From: Malacoraja senta
Taxonomy: Eukaryota
Assembly (NCBI GenBank): GCA_038087875.1
Contig: JAXLNO010000627.1
Coordinates: 1 to 64,000 of the forward strand
Direction of reading: 5' to 3'
Length of the DNA stretch: 64,000 nt
Shown here: one piece after another, positions 1 to 13,259 of the stretch
How positions within the stretch are numbered: the stretch's first letter is position 1
Layout of the letters: each line of letters opens with the position of its first letter
Notes under the pieces: generated by a model
Databases searched by the model: none
Told to the model about the DNA's origin: nothing
What the model saw: the letters and a program-made list of their open reading frames with translations, nothing else
Made by a program: the position numbers and the translations under genes

Positions 1-117
1 AGCGAATTAATAATATTAAGGGGGTGGGGGGTTAGTGTGTGTGTGTGACGCCGCATCCCCCCCCCCTACAACCGCGCGTTGAGGGGACGGGACCCAACGG
101 TTCCCCCTTGGTCTAGT
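1..117 (+). mobile_element. Probable 3' end of a Helitron-like non-autonomous element
   Basis: Imperfect hairpin GGGACCCAACGGTTCCC (89-105) followed a few bases later by CTAG-T (113-117), the typical Helitron 3' signature. The 5' part is outside the window. Confidence 0.4.
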
Positions 118-139
118 AAAATATATAATTGAGTGTAAA

Positions 140-500
140 AGGACAAAGGAAGTAAAGTCAGTTAAACGCTGGAGTAAAAAGTTTTTAGCTGCCGTTTAAA
201 AATGTCAACTGAGTGGGCGTCTCTCATAGCTCTGGGTCGGGTATTCCACAGCTTGGGGGCGTAATTGAAAAAGGCTGCTCCACCAATGTTCTTATTGTTG
301 CGGCATTGTGTGGCAAACAGGCCGGCATAAGATGACCTGAGCGCTCGAGTAGGGGCATAGGGAAGAAGGGACATTGTAAAATATGATGCTCCTAAACCAT
401 TTAGGGCTTTATAGACAAGAAGGAGGACTTTATAGTCTATCCTGGATCTCACAGGGAGCCAATGAACGGAGTACAAGAAGTTGGCGAGGTGGCATTTGAA
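140..500 (-). mobile_element. L2-clade LINE, 3' fragment
   Basis: ORF 162-476 reads HWLPVRSRIDYKVLLLVYKALNGL...RALRS...AAFFNYAPKLWN...FKRQLKT, the L2 ORF2 C-terminus. Confidence 0.8.
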
Positions 501-559
501 TTACTGTATTCAGTTGTGGTCACCCAGCTCTATCAAGCTTGCCACTAAACTGTAACGAG

Positions 560-990
560 TGCAGATCATGCTGCCCGGACTTGAAGGCCTGAGCTACAGG
601 CAGAGGAAGGGCAGTCTTGGAATGTATTCCCTGAAACGCAAGTGCCTGAGCGGTGATCTTACAGAGGTGAATAAAATCACAAGAGGATAAGGTGAATGCC
701 AATTAGTTTATTGCAGCGGTAACAACAACCAGAGAATATGAGGAACCTGATGGCGACCTTTCCATACAGAGGGTGTTGTTTCTATGGAACGAGTTGCGAG
801 AGGATATAGTTGAGGCAGGCACTATAAGAACATTCAAAGAACAGTTTGATGGGAACAAGGATAGGAATGGTTTTGGGGGGGATATGGGACAAACAAGAGC
901 AGGGGGGACTAGTGTAGGTAGAGCATTTTGTACGGAATGGGGAAGTTGGGCAGAATGGCCTGTTTCCATTTTGTGTGACTCTACGATTAT
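560..990 (+). mobile_element. Old CR1 LINE, 3' fragment
   Basis: Degenerate CR1 3' motifs (ggcctgagctacagg, ggtgatcttacagaggt, ttgggcagaatggcctgtttcc...tgtgtgactct). Confidence 0.6.
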
Positions 991-1923
991 ATGGCGAAAA
1001 CACGCATGGGCTGTTCAGTCCTTCCGTTTAACATAATTCACCTGCTCTCTTCTGACAAGAATAACTTCACCGTGTCCACTTGACTGAATCCGATCTGTCC
1101 TTGTAACAGACACGGACTGTCGACCTGAAAGATTATTCCTGTTCTTCTCTCCAGAGAAGCTGTCCGATTTGGTGGGGGGGGGGGGGGGGGGGGGGTGGGG
1201 GCTCGGCTCAATGTGTTCGTGACATTGTCGCCAGTCACGGGGCCAGTTTGTTCGCCGGTATCGAAGGGGGAAACTTAAAACGATCATTTCACAAATCACA
1301 GATTCTCCACATAGACCAATCTCAACGTCGACTAACGTTGAGGAATGAGGAAACGTTGCTGCCCACATCTGAGAGAGAGCCGATCACCACTGCCTCCTCC
1401 CCAGAGGGAAGGGTGACCTCAGCTGTGATGAGGTTGTGTCACCTGTGCCCATACAAATGCCCATTATAAAATATGCATATAGATACTAATTATTCTCATA
1501 TATTCAGACGCTCCAGGGGACACGAACATTTTATATTCCCTTTGGGAACCCGGTCCCCACCACTATTCCACCCACCCATCGGACACCCAGCGACAAGGAG
1601 ACAGTTATTGGAAGTGATTGGAATAGTTTATTTCTGGTCACTATGAACAACCTGGTTCCTGTGTGATTCACGCACAAGGTGGTGTGACAGCGCGCTGTTA
1701 TCCCGTGACTTACAATATCTAGTATTACTGCATTCGGACAATATTGAGATGATATTGTGTAGAAAGGAACTGCAGACGCTGATTTATTTCATGTGAACGT
1801 TTGGTTGTATACGGCAGCTACTGAGTTATATAATTCGCACACCCGGATAACTCCTGAAAACATCTATTTAAGATGTATACATCTGTTCAATGTTCTACTA
1901 TATTTATAAATAGACTGGGAATA

Positions 1924-2822
1924 CTAATGTTTCAATGATATGATTAATTTCACAATGAAATTCACGGGGTATGTAACCATGGTCTTCAGCTGCTCCCGGA
2001 ACATTCTCTGGGTCAGGACATAAATACACGTGTTGGTGCAGGTACTCAGAAGCTGGAGCATAAACGAAATTGTCGGAAGATCACTGTCCGCGAAATACTC
2101 AGCGCCTAAAACGCGCTCAGCCACAATATATACAACCAGTGTACTCCACAACGCGATGAAACTGCCAGAAATGCTGAAGAGTAAAACGATGGATTTCCTC
2201 CGGCTGTCCATCTCCGGATCCTTGCCATTCTCTCCGCTGTTGCGGCCCCGGAGCAATCTGCGGACTCTACCAGAGACTAGAATGTATCTGGCGGTCAGTG
2301 AATTGACCAACAAAAACAAAACGAACGGGAGACAAACAGTTACAGTAAAGTACAACAACTCAAACGAAGTCCATGAAGGTGAGGTTAAGAATGACTGTGT
2401 CCAGGCACACCCTCTGGGTTTATTATCGGTAATATATACTGATTCCAATGTAAAATACCACGGTACGTTTATTAAACAGCTTAGAACAATTACCGTTCCG
2501 ATAACAACATTCGCCGTTCGCTGGGTGCAATATTTTGTTTTCAGCTTCTGACAACAAATGGCCACAAACCGATCGAACGTGAAACCCACGGTGAACCAGA
2601 CAGAGATTGTTGTGGCTGCGATGGCCAGGGTCCAGTTGACGGAGCACACGGGGGTGATGGTGAAGAACGACAGCGGGAAATACATTCCAACAATGGACCT
2701 TATTATGACGTCAATAATGAGGACGATGAGGTCGGCCGCTGCCATTCCCAGCAGGTAGCGAGTGATGCATTTGGAGAGACCGCACTTTCCCCGGGACAGG
2801 ATCACAATCGTCACCAAGTTAA
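1924..2822 (-). CDS. Rhodopsin-class GPCR, GPR139/GPR142-like family, coding exon 2
   Basis: Uninterrupted multi-TM ORF with NLVTIVILSRGKCGLS, AAADL, TFDRFVAICC, DPEMDSRRKS, LW and TNTCIY. Acceptor tttgttctttcgcag ends at 2823 (phase 1). Stop TAG at 1924-1926. Candidate AATAAA signals on the minus strand at 1783-1788 and 1627-1632. Confidence 0.93.
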
Positions 2823-3271
2823 CTGCGAAAGAACAAACGAAGGATGTTACAGTATGTGGCGTTTACAAAGAATACCCTGAACTGAAAGGATTTCCGAGTG
2901 ACATTTACTACTGAGCTTAAAAAATAAATGAAAATACAAGTCATATCATCAGTTAGATAATGAAAAGATACGTCGCACACACAGCTCACGGGATCCGGAT
3001 TGGATCCGCTCCTCTGAATCTGGTTGTCTGCCGATTACTTATCCAATCGAGAGATCACTCCGTGTGTTCGCTGGGTGCTCTAATTGACTTCGCAATGCAG
3101 ATGACAAGTGTGCCGGTGGCAGTGTATGGATTAGTGTGGGAGAATAACCTGCAGGGTTAAAGTAAATCAGAAGGTCGCCGAGGTTCCTCTTTGGGAATGG
3201 CAAAACTAGATAGACCGTATGTCCTTCTTACCGAAGGATAACTGTCGTTATTGGAGCACAATGCATAGAGC

Positions 3272-3937
3272 CCTCACGCCAAGAAGCTGGACGCTGCCCT
3301 CAACAGCACCCTGCGGACTGTCTCCGGATGCCTACGAGCCACCCCAGTAAACCAACTGCCCGTCCTCGCTGGCATCGCCCCAGCCAACATCAGACAAGAA
3401 GTAGCCACGCTGGCCCTCTCTCGAAAGGCACAGACCAGTGAATCCCACCTCCTCCATCAGAACGTCACAGAGACACCACGACGAGTGCGCCTCAAATCAC
3501 GGCACCCCTTTGCCACGCAAGCCCAAGAGCTGCTCTGCACAACACCGGCTGACGCTACTAAGGCTGCCTGGGTCGAGACGGGCTGGAGAGACCAGTGGAA
3601 GTCAGCGGAACCATCTAGGCTACATCATTACATCGATGACCCCATGGACGTCCCAGGCCAGGACCTGCCCCGAAAGCAGTGGACTCCTGAGGACAACTGC
3701 TTGAGGACAGGCATCGGACGCTATGGAGTAGCGATGAAGAGGTGGGGCCTCGTGGACAGCGAGTGCCTCCTGTGAGTGTGGGGACACAACACAGACAGTG
3801 GAGCACATAGTCACCAGTTGCCCCAAACACCGGCCACCGAATGTTGAACGAGGTCTGATTGACCTGGACGATGACACGTTGGCCTGGCTCGCCTCTACGG
3901 AGCTGCAGGTCTAAAAGACACACGACAGAAGAAGAAG
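3272..3937 (+). mobile_element. Vingi/Ingi-like (I-group) LINE, 5'-truncated 3' end
   Basis: Translates to LNSTLRTVSGCLRATPVNQLPVLAGIAP...RLKSRHPF...LRTGIGR...CECG..QTVEHIVTSCP (CCHC finger). The stop is followed by a very short UTR and a (GAA)n tail. Confidence 0.7.
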
Positions 3938-4019
3938 AGAGAGGTCGCGTCATTCCGCGTGTAAACAGGCTCTTCGGCCCATCTTGCCCATGCCCCATCT
4001 ACTCTTGTTCCAACAGCGC

Positions 4020-7000
4020 ATAGAAACATAGAAACATAGAAAATAGGTGCAGGAAGAGGCCATTCGGCCCTTCGAGCCAGCACCGCCATTCATTGTGATC
4101 ATGGCTGATCGTACCCTATCAATAACCCGTACCTGCCTTTTCCCCATATCCCTTTACCCCACTAGCCCCTAGAGCTCTATCTAACTCCCTCTTAAATCCA
4201 TCCAGTGATTTGGCCTCCACTGCCCTCTGTGGCAGGGAATTCCATACATTCACAACTCTCTGGGTGAAAACTTTTTTCTCACCTCAGTCTCAAATGACAT
4301 CCCCTTTATTCTAAGTCTGTGGCCCCTGCTTCTGGACTCGCCCAACGTTGGGAACATTTTTCCTGCATCTAACTTGTACAGTCCTTTTATAATTTTATAT
4401 GTTTCTATAAGATTCCCTCATCCTTCTAAACTCCAGTGAATACAAACCTAGTCTTTTCAATCTTTCCTCATATGACAGTCCCGCCATCCCAGGGATCAAT
4501 CTCAAGAACCTACGCTGCACTGCCTCAATCACAAGGATGTCCTTCCTCAAATTAGGAGACCAAAACTGTACACAATACTCAAGATGTGGTCTCACCAGAG
4601 CCCTATACAACTGCAGAAGAACCTCTTTACTCCTATACTGAAATCCTCTTGTTATGAAGGCCAAAATTCCATTAGTTTTCTTCACTGCCTGCTGTACCTG
4701 TAAGCCAACTTTCAGTGACCGGTGTACAAGGACGCCCAAGTCTCGCTGCACCTCCCACTTACCTAACCTAACCCCTTTGAGATAATAATCTGCCCCCTTG
4801 TTTTTGCCGCCAAAGTGGATAACCTCACATTTATCTATATTATGCTGCATCTGCCACGCATCTGCCCACTCACTCAACCTGTCCAGGTCACCCTGCAACC
4901 TCCTAACATCCTCTTCACAGTTCACACTGCCACCCAGCTTTGTGTCATCCGCGAACTTACTAGTGTTGCTCCTAATTCCCTCTTCCAAATCATTAATATA
5001 TATGGTAAACAGTTGCGGCCCCAACACCGAGCCTTGCGGCACTCCACTCGCCACTGCCTGCCATTCTGAAAAGGACCCGTTCATTCCTACTCTTTGCTTC
5101 CGGTCTGCCAACCAATTATCTATCCATGTCAACACCCTACCTCAAATACCATGTGCTCTAATTTTAGTCACCAGTCTCCCGTGCGGGAGCTTATCAAAGG
5201 CTCTGTGAAAGTCTAGATACACTACATCCACTGGCACCCCATCATCCATTTTACTTGTCACATACACAAACAATTCCAGAAGATTAGTCAAGCATGATTT
5301 CCCTTTCATAAATCCATGTTGACTTGGACTAATCCTTTTACTGCTATCCAAATGCCCCATTAATACCTCTTTAATAATTGACTCCAGCATCTTTCCCACC
5401 ACCGAAGTCAGGCTAACTGGTCTGTAATTCCCCGCTCTCTCTCTCGCTCCTTTCTTGAAAAGTGGGATAACATTAGCTATCCTCCAATCCACAGGAACTG
5501 AATCTATTGAACATTGGGAAATGATCACCAATGTGTCCACTATTTCTAGAGCCACCTCCCTGAGGACCCTGGGATTTATCATCCTTCAGTCCCATTAGCC
5601 TACCCAATACTATTTCTCGCCTAATGAAAATTTCTTTCAGTTCCTCTACCCCCTTAGATCCTCTGTCCTCCAGTACATCTGGGAGATTGTTTGTGTCTTC
5701 CTTAGTGAAGACAGATCCGAAGTACCTATTCAACTCTTCTGCCATTTCTGTTGCCCATAATAATTTCACCCGAGTCTGCCTTCAAGGGACCCACATTTGA
5801 CTTTGCTATTCTTTTTCCCTTAACATATCTAAAGACTTGGCTTTTACTGTCCTTCTTTATATTCCTGGCCAGCTTCCCTTCGTACTTCATCTTTTCAGCC
5901 CGTATTGCCCGTTTTGTTTCCTTCTGTTGTCCTATGAACGTTTCCCAATCCTCTGGCTTCCGGCTACTCTTTGCTGTGTTATACATCTTTTCTTTTAGTT
6001 TTATTCTATCCCTAACTTCTCTTGTCAGCCAGGGTTGCCTCCTACTCCTCTTAGAACCTTTCTTCCTTTTTGGAATAAAATGATCCTGCGTCTTCCGGAT
6101 TATGCACAAAAAAATCCTGCCATTGCTGTTCCACTGTCATTCCTGCTAGGATCCCTTTCCAGTCTACCTTGGCCAGCTCCCCTCTCATGCCTTCATAGTC
6201 CCCTTTGTTCAACTGCATCACTGACACTTCCGATTTAACCTTCTCCTTCTCAAATTGCAGATTAAAACTAATCATATTATGATCACTACCTCCAAGCGGT
6301 TCCTTTACCTCGAGTTCTCTTATCATATCTGGTTCACTGGACAACACTAAATCCAGAATTGCCTTTTCTCTGGTCGGCTCCATTACAAGCTGCTCTAAGA
6401 ATCCATCTGGGAGGTATTCTACAAACTCTCTTTCTTGGGGTCCTGAACCAACCTGATTTTCCCAGTCTACCTGCATATTGAAATCCCCCATCACCACAGT
6501 GGCATTACCTTTGTTACATGCCAGTTTTAACTCCTGCTGCAACTTACACCCTACACCCGGGCTACTATTTGGGGGTCTGTAGATAACACCAATTAGTGTC
6601 TTCTTGCCTTTACAATTCCTCAACTCAATCCACAGTGACTCTACCTCTTCAGTCTCTATGTCTTCCCTCGCAAGGGACCGAATTCCATCCCTCACCGGCA
6701 GAGCTACCCCCCTCCTCTGCCCACCTGCCTATCCTTTCTATAGGATGTTTAACCCTGAATATTAAGTTCCCAGGCTCGATCTTCCTGCAGCCACGTCTCA
6801 GTAATCCCCACAATGTCATATCTACCAACCTCTAACTGAGCCTCAAGCTCATCTACTTTATTTCTTATACTTCGCACATTCATATACAATACTTTTAATT
6901 CCTTAAGCATCTCACCTTTCACATCGATCCCCATTACACTTGGCCATACTCTCCTATCCCTTCTTGAGCTTCCTTTCCCGTTTATTCTGGGGTCATTAAC

Positions 7001-7240
7001 CATCCCATTACTCTCTTTCCCTTTAACTCCGTCCTCGACTATCCCATTTGACACCCCACCCCACTTATTCAGTTTAAAACGACCCGTGTAGCAGTGGCAA
7101 ACCTGCCTGCCAGAATGCTGGCCCCCTACCTGTTAAGATGCAATCCGTCCGTTTTGTACAGTTCCCCCTTACTCCAAAACAGATCCCAGTGATCTAAGAA
7201 TCTAAATCCCTGCCCCCTGCACCAGTTCCTCAGCCACACA
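4020..7240 (-). mobile_element. CR1 LINE: nearly complete ORF2 (APE endonuclease + RT) with frameshifts, plus the ORF1 3' end
   Basis: ORFs 6749-7054 (GITETW), 6051-6695 (YRPPN, GDFN, SDHN), 5142-5582 (NYRPVSLTS, YLDF) and 4395-5135 (GVPQGSVLGP, FADD). (CATAGAAA)n tail at 4020-4041. Confidence 0.95.
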
Positions 7241-7589
7241 TGTTTGGCTCTGATCCTTCTAAACCCTTCCTACCCATATACCTATCCAACATTGGGTCAA
7301 TAAACACAACCGCCAACCACAGTTTGTGAAGACCAGAGCCTGTAACTGGAGCAGTACAGTTCAATTTGAATTCGTTCCACAGCTTCCAGATGTTCGAATT
7401 ATTTCAAAGTAATATTCACAGGCTTCTTTACCCCACAATTTACCTGCTATTCCCACTGCCTATTCACTCAGCCCAGTAGCCACTGCACATTTATCCTGGC
7501 CAGTGTTGAACTTCCTTCACACGACACAATCCAACTGCACCTTCACCCACCATATACAATGAATGGCACGACCATTATCAGCAGTGATT

Positions 7590-8240
7590 CACGGAGGTAC
7601 CTTGGGGTCCAAGTCCAGAACTCCCTGAAAGTAGCAACACATGTAGATACCGTGGTAAATGAGGCACGTGGCATATTTGCCGACATTGGTCAGCACATTC
7701 AGTATAAGAGTCAGGGCATCGTGGAGCAGCGCTAAAGGACTTTGGACAGCATTTGGGGTATTACGTGCAGTTCTGGTCGCCCCATTACAGGAAGGATGTG
7801 AAGATAATAGAGAGGGTGCAAAGGTTACAAAAATGATGTCTAGATTATGGGGTATTGGCTACAGGGAGCAGTTGGAGAGAATTGGATTGCGACCTGACAG
7901 AAGAATAGAAAACAGGAACCTTTTTTCCAGGATAGAAAAAATCAAATACTAGAGGGAAGAGCTTTAAGAAGGGCAAAGCTTAAGGGAGATGTTAGGGGCA
8001 TGTTTTATACACAAAGGCTGAGTGCCTGGAACGCGCTGCCAGGGTGGGTGTTTGTGATGGTTTTGGGCCAGGTAGGATAGTGGTGTTTCAGAGACTTTTG
8101 AATACGCCAATAGACTTGCAGAGAATGGAGGGATATGGGTTATGCGCAGGCAGATAGGAGTTGCCCTTGGCATCGTGTTCGACACAGACATTGTGGACCG
8201 AATGGCCTTTGTGCTGTACTGTTCTATGATCTATGTTTTG
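7590..8240 (+). mobile_element. Old CR1 LINE, 3' fragment
   Basis: Degenerate gtgcagttctggtcgccccattacaggaaggatgt and the 3' UTR ggaccgaatggcc...gtgctgtactgttctatg. Confidence 0.7.
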
Positions 8241-8679
8241 TTTTAAACCATTTCCTGTCACCACCTGACTCCTACCATTGGAACAACTTGGTATCTAATT
8301 CTTCCCAACTTGGAAGCATGTGCTGCAGTCAGAAGTGTTCCGCCAAAATGCAGCAGATGTCCCGAAACCTGAATCACGTTGACTGCACCATGTACAACGT
8401 ATTCAGTGTATGTCCACGCTGCAGTCCACACCCCGACCCACGGTCTCCACTCTGTCTCCACCGTTATCGCACACTCCACCTCCCTTTTCCCATTTTCCGT
8501 CAATACACTTTGTAGCGCTTCCATCCGCAACATCTCCAGTTCGTTCCCCAGAGGGAGAGCTTCCCACAGCTCGGACGCAAGGCATTTGACCCACCACAGC
8601 CAAAGCGACATGGATGTACCCACAGAACCCATAGTCTCCGCGCCTTGGAGTTTCAAGTGTTCCTCTTGATGTATTTAGT

Positions 8680-9200
8680 ATCCCTGCCTACGTCAAACTT
8701 TTTAGCAGCACGTCCTAGATTCCGAGTCTGAATGAGAAAAGACCTCATCAGATTCTTCCAAATATTTTATCTAAACTAATGCCCTCTGGATTTAGCCCCC
8801 TCTTATATGGGGCATGTTTCATAGCATGTATCCTGTCTAATTCGCTTAATTTGTCCAAATGTTGGATCTTCACTGTGATTTTTTCGTGAAAGGAAAATAA
8901 ACTCAGTCTATCGACTCTCCCGTCATAACCAAACTTTGTCATCGCAGAAAACATTTTTATAAATCTCCTCTCCACCTTCTACATACCAATTAAGTTCTTC
9001 CTACAGTGTGGCGACCAGAGGTGCCCACAGAAGCGCAGATGTGGGTTAGCGAACATTGTATAAAGCTGTACCCCAACCACTCTGCTCTTGGTTTGTTTGT
9101 GCGGCCGGTAAAATAAAATGTCACACATTCAATGACAACTGATCTGCCTGTAATGCCGCCTCTGGAGATCTTTGGGATTGTACACCATCGGGTTCGAAAG
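8680..9200 (-). mobile_element. Highly degenerate CR1 fragment
   Basis: ORF 8748-8975 (ERRFIKMF...RLSLFS) and cttcctacagtgtggcgaccag resemble the CR1 ORF2 C-terminus. Confidence 0.5.
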
Positions 9201-9547
9201 ATAATCCCTGCTAGGAGCCTAACCTATGCCCAAGGCTTACCCCAGCTTCACCACACTTATTAGTGAATGGACAGACTCAGGAAGCTGTTGGTGGTGGGGA
9301 AGGGAATGTTGATGATGATGTGTACCAAGTGAAGAAAGTTGGGAAATCTTCTTGGAGACGGCCATGATATGGTATGCATATCTGACGCGAGACTTCTCCG
9401 ATTAACCAGTTGCAAGAACAGTAATTGTGTATTCGTAGAAAACTTCTCACATGTATGTGGACCATTTGGCTCATTGTGTCTGTGCCGAACAATCGGGCTT
9501 TGAAATGTGCGTGTATAATCTTCTAGATCAGTGCTTTCAATTACACA

Positions 9548-10010
9548 TCCAGATTCAGATTCAGATTATTTAATGACCACACAGTCAAGCTGGTGAAATT
9601 CATGTTCAGTACAGGATGTTACACAATAGGCTGATTCCCGTCAAACATAACATATAACACAACAACATACGAGGTGGCTATGTGATGTTGTCATAGAGTG
9701 TTCAGAGTTCGAATTGCATATGGGTAGAAACTGTTTTTAAATCGTGATGTTTTGGCGGGCAGTGAGCTGTAGCGCCTTCCTGACGGCAGCAGGTGGAAGA
9801 TGTGGTGAGCTGGGTGGGAGGGATCAGAAATGATTTTCTTGACCCTTGACACGGACCGTTTGAGATTGAGTGATTCTATTGATGGGAGGGGAGTGCTGAT
9901 GATTTTGGATGCTTTGTTGACAATGCGCTGTAGTTTATTACGGGAGTGAGTGTCTAAACTGCTGTACCAAACTGTTATTGATGAAGTGAGCATGCTTTGG
10001 ATGATCCGAG
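9548..10010 (-). mobile_element. Rex1/Babar LINE, 3' fragment
   Basis: ORF 9691-9993 reads SSITVWY...LQRIVNKASKII...DPSHPAHHIFHLLPSGRRY...RFKNSFYPYAIR. Short-repeat tail (CAGATT)n near 9550-9567. Confidence 0.85.
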
Positions 10011-10599
10011 GGTTTACGAGTAATTAAGTCTTTCCTCTTCCAGACTTTCATGCAGACATTTCTGAACCGTTCGCGACGTCTCAATACATTTATTATCACC
10101 ATCCATCTCCTCGCATCTTACGGGAAATGCCTGCTCTCTGCCAAATAAACGGTTTCCCATTCAAGTTGTTCCACTACCCAACCTTTCCTAATCGCCACAA
10201 CTCCTCTCAGCAGTGCAAACCTCCAGAGGTGCAGTGTGCTGACAGACCCAACACACAATGCTCAAACTGGAACCTGACTGGTGATTGACGTGGAATCGTC
10301 AAACAGAATATCACAGCTCTGGGAAAAGATGCAAACAATGTATGTTTTAAAATACCCGATTGTCCCCGGTTTCATTTGGACACACAAGCTGGTTGGCAAA
10401 ATAATTTACCAGGATGCGGCATGGAGCTAGAAACGTATAAAATACATATCCTTTGGCTCCCAGGGTCAGGTGTCAAACGTTAAGCCAATATTTCCACGAA
10501 TCATGCAGTATTAATTCAGCGACATTAACACCAATTCACCTCAGATACTATTAGTCATCCGCGGGAATACGGGTAACTTACAGCAGCGAATTACCGACC

Positions 10600-10755
10600 A
10601 AACTGCACATGTTGGGTCGGGGAAGGAAACCGGAGTAAATTGAGGAAACAGATGCGATCACGAACAGAATGCGTAGACATCATAAAAAGCAGTGCAAGAT
10701 CGAAGCTCGTAGTTGAGCTGTGAGACCACAGAGCTACCAGCTACATTACTGTAGC
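10600..10755 (-). mobile_element. Old HE1/HER1-like tRNA-derived SINE remnant
   Basis: ggaaggaaaccggag...gaggaaac...gatcacg..cagaatgcgtagac resembles the better-preserved copy at 47230-47513. Confidence 0.45.
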
Positions 10756-11496
10756 GACTATTGAAACATAACATTCAGAACCAGACACTGAAGTCAGTCA
10801 TGACTTGTAAGACACAAGTCGGGATTGCACACGCACGTACAAGAACCAAAATCAACAAATCTCAGACGAACTGCAACACCGCACATTCTCAGTTAAACGA
10901 AGGTTAAATTACGGAATTGTAACATGCCAGTATCGGGAAATCTGAGACGTGCAGAATAATCAGCTACACTCAGCTAACAATGAGTGACCGCGGGGACCTG
11001 AACTCCGAACCCAATCCTGCTGTGACATACATGTTACCACGCAACATCCCATCCAATTACCTTTCCTGCAGCTCACTGCAGTGGTCAACCCCAGCCCCAG
11101 TGTCCTGCAGCTCACAAACTATTCCCAAATGGACCACATGCTGCCTTTTGTCACAGAGAACGGTGACAGAGACGGACATCCTCACCACACACCACGTTGG
11201 CAGCACCGTCACTGCTCGGAGCGGCAACGGTTCAACAACGTCTCTGCAGTCAGTAGGTGCGAGGGTTCTGGACCGGGCGCGGTTCCTCTCACAGAGCAAC
11301 GTGACGGGGAACAGAAACAGACCCGCGTTGGGCCGTCACCCGTGCCCCCGGCGTAATATACAGATCTGATCTCAGGTTGGGACAAAACATAGATAACATA
11401 CTTGACAACTAGTCCGATTTGATCGCATTTGTTCCGATTTGTCTGTTTAAAAAGTGTGAAAAATCGGAACGGGACGATTTTGAAATGAGGGGGAAA

Positions 11497-11678
11497 ATGG
11501 CCAATCAACCGCTGTCTCTAAGGGGATGGCGTCCAATCACCGAGCAGCTTCCCTTAAAATTCCCGTCCAATCAGCTGCTGTCTCCAAGGTCATTGTGTTC
11601 AATCACATAATGCGCTGTTCACTTGGCAGCGAATCAGACACTGTCTCCGAGGGGCGTTGCGGCCAATCACCGACCAGC

Positions 11679-11680
<2 letters not shown>
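11497..11680. promoter_or_regulatory. Periodic CCAAT-box array, candidate NF-Y promoter/enhancer
   Basis: CCAATCA at 11501, 11533, 11567 and 11663, with variants TCAATCA at 11599 and CGAATCA at 11630. Spacings are 32, 34, 32, 31 and 33 bp. Confidence 0.5.
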
Positions 11681-11681
<1 letters not shown>

Positions 11682-11733
<52 letters not shown>

Positions 11734-11829
11734 AGAGGGAGAGAGGGAGGGGAGGAAGAGAGAGGGAGAGAGGGGGAGAGGGACAGGGAGAGATGGAGAG
11801 GGAGGAAGAGAGAGGGAGAGAGAGGGAGA
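11682..11829. repeat. (GA)n microsatellite and purine tract
   Basis: Direct inspection. Confidence 0.95.
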
Positions 11830-13259
11830 TATTCCAGCCTCCGTATGTGTCCCCGGGCGATGGGGAAACGTTGCTACCAAATGACTTTCAATGATAAACT
11901 TCTGGCCAAATGCAAGAAAGCAACTATGACATATAATACACAATAAACTGTATTACAAATACACAATAAACAAGTTATACGTTCTTGTGCTCTTACATGG
12001 GTATGACCTTCGGCGCGCGCGCACTCAGAGTAAGATTTTTCATTTTCAAATGTTGGCAGGTGTGAGATAAGAATTAAAATCGACTCAGTCCACATAATAA
12101 TACGGCGCCATCTCTCGACCACTGCCTGAACTGTCATTAACCCAGAAACGGCCGGACTCAAGCAACGCCGCCACGTACAAAGGGAAGGCTAAAGCGGTCC
12201 CATTCCTGAAAGCGGAGCATCACAACCGCAGGCCGGCGGGAAAGTCAAGAATAAATTGTGGATGTTGGAAATCAGGAAATATTGCCAAGAACTGGAAATA
12301 CTGGAATATCCTGGGCAACTCCCACTCGACCAGACTGTAAAAATTCACCCGAATTCACACCGTCACCAACAGTACAACCGCACACGGAATACAGAGCGAC
12401 ACCCAGATTGTACAATGTCACCCAGAGTGGACCAGGTTAGGTACACGTTACACAGATAATGTACTTCAATTATCCATTCAGTGAAAACCTATCCGTGCTC
12501 CAGACATTCGCTACACTCCAGCCCTTACCCTTTCCAACATCACTGCCGCTCAGATAAACGTGTTTCTTCCCTTCCTTGCTTCCCGAGAAAGAAACTTTGA
12601 TTTGAAACTTTAACTCTTTCTCTTTCCACAAATTCTCCCCCACATGCGGTTTCAAGCATTTTCGCATTTCACTCCAGACCAGCGGGAATTATTTCCAAAA
12701 TGTGGAAATATTCCACGCCGCCTGTGAATAAAGAAAGTGCTTGGAGTGAAATGGAAGCGTTTCGCTGGTAACAGAGCAACCCTGGTCTCACGCTCGGGCG
12801 GGAGCTTCAACGGTTGATTTTTATTCCCGGGAAAAGCAAGAACGTAATTGTCTGCAGGACAAACTACCGGAAACTGCTGGATTATTTTAACACTTATCCT
12901 GAACACTTACACTGGATTATTTCAAGATGCATTTCACAAAGCATGCGATCAGCAGTCCAATTAGTCCACACACCAGAATGTACTGTGCATTCACAACGAT
13001 AATGCTGACATGACACTGGTGACAGATTCACAGACCCACTGTTAGACGTTTTAAAGTCAACATAAAACAGGACCATCTTGCCTGAGACTACGGTTTGAAT
13101 GAAGAAACGTGGTTATTTAAACATCAACCCCACAGTTCGGCAAATACTATACCCAGAATCATACAACAGTGAGACAAGCGTTCAATACGGCGCGCAGCCT
13201 CCACGCATGTCAGATATAACAGTGTTGAACACGGTGAGAACCTGTGAGTAAACACTTAC

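Noticed and set aside
8258..8669. Overlapping ORFs of 66-132 aa in unique-looking DNA
   Set aside because: No recognisable domain or splice structure; lengths are compatible with chance.
10403..10505. Possible alternative GPCR exon 1 (FYTFLAPCRI followed by GTAAAT)
   Set aside because: The resembling frame has an upstream stop and the wrong phase. The exon at 13260-13329 fits far better.
12575..12835. STAT/IRF-like sites (TTCCCGAGAA, TTCCCGGGAA)
   Set aside because: Short motifs expected by chance; no supporting evidence.
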